From: an uncultured delta proteobacterium
GTDB taxonomy: Bacteria > Myxococcota_A > Polyangia > Polyangiales > Polyangiaceae
Direction: 5' to 3'
NCBI GenBank assembly: GCA_963806225.1
Contig: CAWDXG010000004.1
Coordinates: forward strand, 4,992,001 to 5,056,000
Length of the DNA stretch: 64,000 bases
The notes below the pieces were generated by a model, which was not told the DNA's origin, made no database searches, and saw nothing but the letters and a program-made list of their open reading frames with translations. The position numbers and the translations under genes were made by a program. This document shows positions 58,447 through 64,000 of this stretch, in pieces; position 1 is the stretch's first letter, and each line of letters starts with the position of its first letter.

Positions 58447-60136
58447 ATGCCGTCCGACTCGCCCCTGCGACCGCTTCCGCCACCTCCGGGCGATGCGGCG
58501 CGCGAGCTCGGACGCGCGCTGTCGCTCACCACTACCGTCGCGGACCTCCTGTACCGTCGCGGCCACTTCGAGCCGGGTGCGACGCAGCGGTTCCTCGAGC
58601 CGAAGCTGGCCGACCTGACGCCGCCGGACGGGATGGCCGATCGCGCGCTGGCTGCCGAGCGGATTGTCGGTGCAGTGAAGCGAGGCGAGCGGATCTGCGT
58701 CTTCGGCGACTACGACTGCGACGGCATCACGTCCGCGGCCATCATGACCGAGCTCTGCCGGGCGGTGGGCGGCGAGGTCGTGCCCCTGCTCGCGAGCCGC
58801 TTCGACGGGGGCTACGGCGTGTCTCCAGCGGCGGTGGAGCGCATCGTCGCATCCGGTGCGCGCCTGCTGGTCACCTGCGACTGCGGGTCCTCCGATCACG
58901 CGACGCTCGCGGACGTGCGGTCGCGCGGGATCGACATCATCGTCATCGATCACCATCTCGTTCCGCCCGAGCCGCTGCCCGCTCTGGCGTTCCTCAACCC
59001 GCACCGGGACGATTGCGCATTTCCCTACAAGGGGCTCGCCTCCTGCGGCCTCGCCTTGAGCGTGGGGGCCGCGCTCAGGGCCGAGCTGTTGCCTGGGCTC
59101 GATCTCAGGCAGTGGCTCGACCTGGTCGCGATCGGCACCATCGCCGACGTGGCGCCGCTGGACGGCGACAATCGCGCGCTGGTGCGCGCTGGGCTCGCGC
59201 GCCTCGCCGAGGGGCGGCGGCCCGGCGTGCGCGCGCTCTGCGAGCTGGCGAAAATCGACGCGAGCTCACCGCTCACGGGCGAGGACGTCGCGTTCCGCAT
59301 CGCGCCCCGGATCAATGCGCCGGGCCGGCTCGGGCCGCCGGATCTCAGCGCTCGAACTCCTGCTCAGCCGTACGCACGAGGAGGCGCGCGCCCTGGCCGC
59401 CAGCATCGAGCAGCTGCAGACCGAACGCAGAGCACAGCAGGAACGCATCCTCGCTGAAGCCGTCGAGGAGATCGAACGCGAGGGCTGGGCCGAACGCCCG
59501 GCGATCGTCGTCGGACGCGAAGGCTGGAACCACGGCATTGTCGGCATCGCCGCGGGCCGGCTCGCCAGTCGCTACGGGCGCCCGGTGATCGTCGTGGGCT
59601 TCGACGGCGAGCGCGGCCGCGGCTCGGTGCGCGGGCCCGAGGGTGCACGCCTGCACGACGCGCTGCGCTCGGCCAGCGAGGCGCTCGAACGCTACGGCGG
59701 GCACCAGGCTGCCGCGGGCGTCGAGGTCCGGCTCGCGCGACTCGGCGAGCTCCGCGAGCGCTTCGAGCACGCCTGCGCAAACCAGGAACCTGCGGAGGAG
59801 CTGGCCGCGGCCGCCGACGTGGCGTGGCTGTGCCCCGAAGACGAGCCGGGGCAGGTGGTGAGCGACCTCATGCGCCTCGAGCCGTGCGGTGCCGGCAATC
59901 CCGCTCCGCAGGTTATCGTACGAGCCGAGGTCGTCTCGTCGCGCGAGGTCAGGGGAGGCCATCTCAAGCTGGAGCTCTCGCTGGCCGGCGGGCAGCGCAT
60001 GGGCGCTTTCGGCGTGCGCATGGGAGACCGGGCTGAAAGCCTCACCGGGCAGGTGCTCGTGGTGGGGCGCCTGCGCCGCGACACCTGGCGAGGCGCAGGC
60101 GCCGTCGAGATCCGCGCCGACGAAATCCACGCCTGA
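58447..60136 (+). CDS. recJ: ssDNA exonuclease RecJ, +1 frameshift near 59347
   Basis: GDYDCDG, DCG, IDHH, GTIADV and PRINAPGR; junction PDL[a]ALELL; GSVR, GGH and LEPCGAGNP. Confidence 0.92.
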
Positions 60137-60173
60137 AGCGCATGGGCTCTGCGTGCTAGCTTTCGGCGGGAAA

Positions 60174-60953
60174 ATGAGTGAGCCGCTCATCAGCTTCCGC
60201 GGAGTGAAGAAGGCTTTCGGCCGCAAGGTCATCTACCGCCATCTCGACCTCGATGTGGTCGGCGGCGAGGTGCTGACCATCGTCGGCGGCTCGGGCGTGG
60301 GCAAGAGCGTGATGCTCAAGATGCTCATCGGTCTGCTCGAGCCCGACGCGGGCTCCATCGTCTTCGACGGCGGCGAAGTCACTGCGATGAGCGAGGACCA
60401 GCTGAGCGTGGTGCGGCAGCGCATCGCGATGCTGTTCCAGAGCGGAGCCCTGTTCGATTCACTCAGCGTCGGCGAGAACGTCGCCTACGGACTCGAGGAG
60501 CACTTCCGGCACAAGATGAGCAAGGAGGAGATCGCGACGCGCGTCGAGTGGGCTCTTGGCCTCGTCGATCTGCCCGGCATCGAGGCGATGCGGCCGGCCG
60601 ACCTCTCCGGCGGAATGCGCAAGCGGGTGGCTCTCGCGCGGGCGATCGCGGTCCGCCCCGAGGTGCTCCTGTACGACGAGCCGACGACAGGCCTCGACCC
60701 GATCAACACCGCCCGCGTCAATCACCTCATCATGGGGCTCCAGCAGCGACTGAGCATCACGAGCATCGTGGTCACCCACGACATGAAGAGCGCGTTCAGC
60801 ATCAGCGACAAGGTGGCGATGGTGCACAGCGGCAGCATCATCGCCTACGGCACGGTCGAAGAATTCCGTGCCGCCACGGATCCGCGGGTCGCAGACTTCA
60901 TCGAAGGGCGGGCGCCTGTGAAGGAGGACGTCGAAACGCTCCTGAACGCCTGA
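60174..60953 (+). CDS. mlaF: MlaF-like ABC transporter ATPase
   Basis: GGSGVGKS, FQSGALFDSL, LSGGMRKR, YDEPTTGLDP and VTHD. Confidence 0.9.
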   Translation: MSEPLISFRGVKKAFGRKVIYRHLDLDVVGGEVLTIVGGSGVGKSVMLKMLIGLLEPDAGSIVFDGGEVTAMSEDQLSVVRQRIAMLFQSGALFDSLSVGENVAYGLEEHFRHKMSKEEIATRVEWALGLVDLPGIEAMRPADLSGGMRKRVALARAIAVRPEVLLYDEPTTGLDPINTARVNHLIMGLQQRLSITSIVVTHDMKSAFSISDKVAMVHSGSIIAYGTVEEFRAATDPRVADFIEGRAPVKEDVETLLNA

Positions 60954-61076
60954 ACGCCCTGCGGGAAGGGGACGGCACGCGAGCGCGTAGGACGGCCGTG
61001 GGAAAGCCGGAATTATGCGTGGGTCCAGCGTCCGGCGTGACTGGACCGGCGGTTTGAGGGAAGATCCAGCGGAAAG

Positions 61077-62324
61077 ATGTCGGGGACCCGCAACGTCAAA
61101 GTCGGCGCATTCGTGCTCACCGGGCTGGTGGTACTGGCCGCCGTCATCTTCCTCATTGGTGACGAGCGGAGGATGTTCCAGTCGAAGGTGGAATACCGGA
61201 TCGTGTTCCACAACGTCGAAGGGCTCAAGCGCGGTTCACCCGTCCGCATGGGCGGCGTCGACGTGGGCGACGTCGCCCACGTCGGCTACTCCGACAACGC
61301 GAAGGACGCGCGCCTGTACGTGACGGTCTCCGTCGTGCAGGAGGAATCGCGGCGAATCCGCGGCGACAGCGTCGCCAGCATCGCGTCCAAGGGGCTGCTT
61401 GGCGACAAGATGATTGTCGTCACCGTCGGCACGCCCGGCAAGCCGCCGATCAAAGCGGGCGGCATCATCCCCAGCAAGGAGTCGGCGGATATCGCCGACA
61501 TGCTCGCTCAGGTCTCCACCATCGGCAAGCGGGCCGAGCAGGTGATGAACAACCTGCAGACGACCACCAACACGCTGGCCGACAAGAAATTCAACCAGGA
61601 CGTCAAGCGCAGCGCCGACTCGCTCGGGAACATCCTGGATTCCATGGACAAGGGCGACGGCTACGCGGCCCGCCTTCTTCACGATCCCACGGAAGCCGAC
61701 CACCTCTCGCGGACGGTGGTGAACCTCGAGCACACCACGGCGGAGCTGAACCGCACGGTGCGCGGGTTCAACCAGGTCCTGGCCCGGGTACAGACCGGGC
61801 CCGGCTTCGCCCACGAGGTGATCTACGGCAAGGGCGGTTCGAAGGCGCTCGAGAAGTTCGGCGATGCCGCCGGGGAGGTCGCGCTCACGCTGCGCGGCAT
61901 CCGCAAGGGCAACGGCGTCGCCAAGAGCCTGATCTACGGCGACGACAAGTCGCAGCAGCTGATGGACAATCTCAACGCCATGAGCGGCGACCTCAGGCAT
62001 ATCGTGGCCGACGCGCGGGCCGGGAAGGGAACCGTGGGAGCGCTGCTCGTCGATCCTTCGGTGTACGAGGACATCAAGATGCTGCTCGGGAACGTGCAGC
62101 GGAATGAAGTGCTCCGGGCGCTGGTTCGGTATTCGATCAAACGCGACGAGAAAGAGGGCCCGAAGGTCCAGGTCGCCGATCCGGACTCGGCGGCCGGCGG
62201 AGCTGCATCGACCACGGGCGGCTCTGCGTCGGGCGGGGCCTCCTCTCCAGCAGCTTCGGGCGGCTCTTCGCCTGGGGGCGGCGGAGCGGCCCCGGCGCCG
62301 GGCCATACCGGCGCGACTCCCTGA
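61077..62324 (+). CDS. mlaD: MlaD/MCE family protein with long helical region
   Basis: KVGAFV TM, GLKRGSPVRMGGVDVG, GLLGDK and GKGTVGALLVDPSVY. Confidence 0.9.
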   Translation: MSGTRNVKVGAFVLTGLVVLAAVIFLIGDERRMFQSKVEYRIVFHNVEGLKRGSPVRMGGVDVGDVAHVGYSDNAKDARLYVTVSVVQEESRRIRGDSVASIASKGLLGDKMIVVTVGTPGKPPIKAGGIIPSKESADIADMLAQVSTIGKRAEQVMNNLQTTTNTLADKKFNQDVKRSADSLGNILDSMDKGDGYAARLLHDPTEADHLSRTVVNLEHTTAELNRTVRGFNQVLARVQTGPGFAHEVIYGKGGSKALEKFGDAAGEVALTLRGIRKGNGVAKSLIYGDDKSQQLMDNLNAMSGDLRHIVADARAGKGTVGALLVDPSVYEDIKMLLGNVQRNEVLRALVRYSIKRDEKEGPKVQVADPDSAAGGAASTTGGSASGGASSPAASGGSSPGGGGAAPAPGHTGATP

Positions 62325-62404
62325 ATCGACCTCGCTTCCGCCTCCGTCGCTTCTGCCTGTCCAGGGGCGGCAGTTTCCGCCATCTCGTCCTATACTCCCC
62401 CACG

Positions 62405-64000
62405 ATGCGAATATTGGAGCGCCTCGGAAAGGCACTCGTTGTCCTCGGCGTGTTCGCGCTGGCGTCGTTTTTCGCGCTGCGCTTCGGCACCGGGGGTCTG
62501 TGGAGAGGGCTCGAAGCGGCGCAGGCGGTGACGGCGCCCGGCGCGCCGAAAGCACCCTACGATCTCACGCAGCTCGTTGCGGTCAACGAGACGCTCAAGA
62601 CCATCCGCGACAAGTACGTGGACCCGTCTCGCGTCAAGCCGCGGCAGATGTTCCTGAGCGCGCTGAACCAGGTGCAGAAGGAAGTCGCGCAGGTCATCAT
62701 CCTGCACGATCCCAAGGCGCCTACCGTGAAGGTGCGCGTCGACACCGAGCAGCGCGCATTCCGCGTCGACAACATCCAGGGCCCCTGGGACGTCGCTGCC
62801 CGGCTCCGGGAGGTGTTCGCCTTCCTGCAGCAGAACCTGAAGCACACCGAAGTCGACCTGCGCGACGTCGAGTACGCGGCCTGCAACGGCATGCTCAAGA
62901 CGCTCGACCCGCACAGCGTGTTCATGAGCCCGGAGGCGTACCGGGAGATGAACCTGTCGACGTCCGGTCAGTTCGGCGGGCTCGGCATCGTCATCTCGAT
63001 CCGGGACCAGATGCTCACGATCATCCGCCCGATGCCGGACACACCTGCCGGCAGGGCCGGGCTGAAGCGACTGGACCGCATCACCAAGATCAACAACGAG
63101 TCGACGCTCAACATGCCGCTCGACGACGCGGTCAAGCGTCTGCGCGGCAAGCCCGGCAGCAAGGTGACCATCTGGGTCCACCGTGACGGGAACGGCGGCT
63201 GGAACGGTTCGCGTCCCTTCGAACTCACGCGCGAGGAGATCCACGTCCGCTCCGTCGAGTCGCGCGAGCTCGAGCCCGGCATTGGCTACGTGCGCATCAA
63301 GCAGTTCCAGAGCAGCACTTCCGACGAGCTCGACGACGCGCTCGCGGCTCTGCACAAGAAGGGCAAGCTCAAGGGGCTGGTGATCGACCTCAGGGGCAAC
63401 CCGGGCGGGCTGCTCGACCAGGCCGCCAAGGTTGCCGACACGTTCCTGGATCACGGCGTGATCGTCTCCACCGTGGGCGCCAGCGAAGGCCGCGAGGAGA
63501 AGCGCGCCACGCGTCGCGGCACCGAGCCGGACTATCCCATCGTGGTGCTCGTGAACGGCTCGTCGGCGAGCGCGAGCGAGATCGTCACGGGCGCATTGAA
63601 GAACCAGAACCGCGCGGTCGTGGTCGGCCAGACGACGTTCGGCAAGGGTTCGGTGCAGCTCGTGTTCCCGCGCATCACGCCCGACGGCGCCGCGCTCAAG
63701 CTGACCATCGCGCAGTATCTGACGCCCGGCGACGTATCGATCCAGGGCGTGGGCGTGGCGCCGGACATCGAGCTCGACCCGATGACGGCGGACTCGCTGG
63801 AAATGGATCTGTTCCGCACCGAGCATTCGCTCCGCGAGCGGGATCTGTCGAAGAGCCTGTCGAACGGCGGCAAGCGGGCGACCGCGCAGCCGTACTTCAA
63901 GCTCCGCTACAACATGCCCGAGAAGTTGCGCGAGAAGCTGCGCGAGCTCGGCGGGGACATCGACGACGAGTTCCGTCTCGACTTCCCGATCCGCTTCGGG
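62405..64000 (+). CDS. S41 C-terminal processing peptidase with PDZ domain (MXAN_5808-like), partial
   Basis: Not in the ORF track because it has no stop in the window. MRILERLGKALVVLGVF..., LDPHS, FGGLGI, DLRGNPGG, SASASEIV and TFGKGSVQ; TATACT 8 nt before ATG. Confidence 0.93.
   Translation, partial: MRILERLGKALVVLGVFALASFFALRFGTGGLWRGLEAAQAVTAPGAPKAPYDLTQLVAVNETLKTIRDKYVDPSRVKPRQMFLSALNQVQKEVAQVIILHDPKAPTVKVRVDTEQRAFRVDNIQGPWDVAARLREVFAFLQQNLKHTEVDLRDVEYAACNGMLKTLDPHSVFMSPEAYREMNLSTSGQFGGLGIVISIRDQMLTIIRPMPDTPAGRAGLKRLDRITKINNESTLNMPLDDAVKRLRGKPGSKVTIWVHRDGNGGWNGSRPFELTREEIHVRSVESRELEPGIGYVRIKQFQSSTSDELDDALAALHKKGKLKGLVIDLRGNPGGLLDQAAKVADTFLDHGVIVSTVGASEGREEKRATRRGTEPDYPIVVLVNGSSASASEIVTGALKNQNRAVVVGQTTFGKGSVQLVFPRITPDGAALKLTIAQYLTPGDVSIQGVGVAPDIELDPMTADSLEMDLFRTEHSLRERDLSKSLSNGGKRATAQPYFKLRYNMPEKLREKLRELGGDIDDEFRLDFPIRFG

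Overview
High-GC window (about 70% by eye) that reads as chromosomal DNA of a myxobacterium, probably Polyangia/Polyangiaceae-like. The evidence is a MYXO-CTERM protease, RomR next to valS, an SgmX-like TPR protein, many Gly-linker lipoproteins and two Ser/Thr kinases. Core genes: valS, hrcA, skp-lpxD-fabZ-lpxA, tRNA-Val-thrS-infC, yajC-secD-secF-recJ, mlaF-mlaD, a partial S41 peptidase and tRNA-Ala. Accessory genes: two TldD copies plus a PmbA/TldE, a DUF3556-like protein, amt, Usp, a PemK/MazF-like toxin-antitoxin pair, an orphan N6-adenine methyltransferase and secreted lipoproteins. Five genes each carry a single +1 frameshift, most likely assembly error. No CRISPR array, integrase, transposase or prophage was seen. 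Best leads: (1) an actinobacterial-type GlnR-like atypical regulator together with an 11-bp-period GAAAC-type triple repeat upstream of a glnK-less amt; (2) a widespread signature of leaderless transcripts (TANNNT 6-9 nt before start codons); (3) an uncalled 39-aa membrane peptide behind a perfect 11-bp inverted repeat; (4) a tldD-regulator-pdxA-methyltransferase gene string; (5) a signal-less PhnD-like protein beside a kinase. All family calls come from motif recognition by eye; no database search was run.
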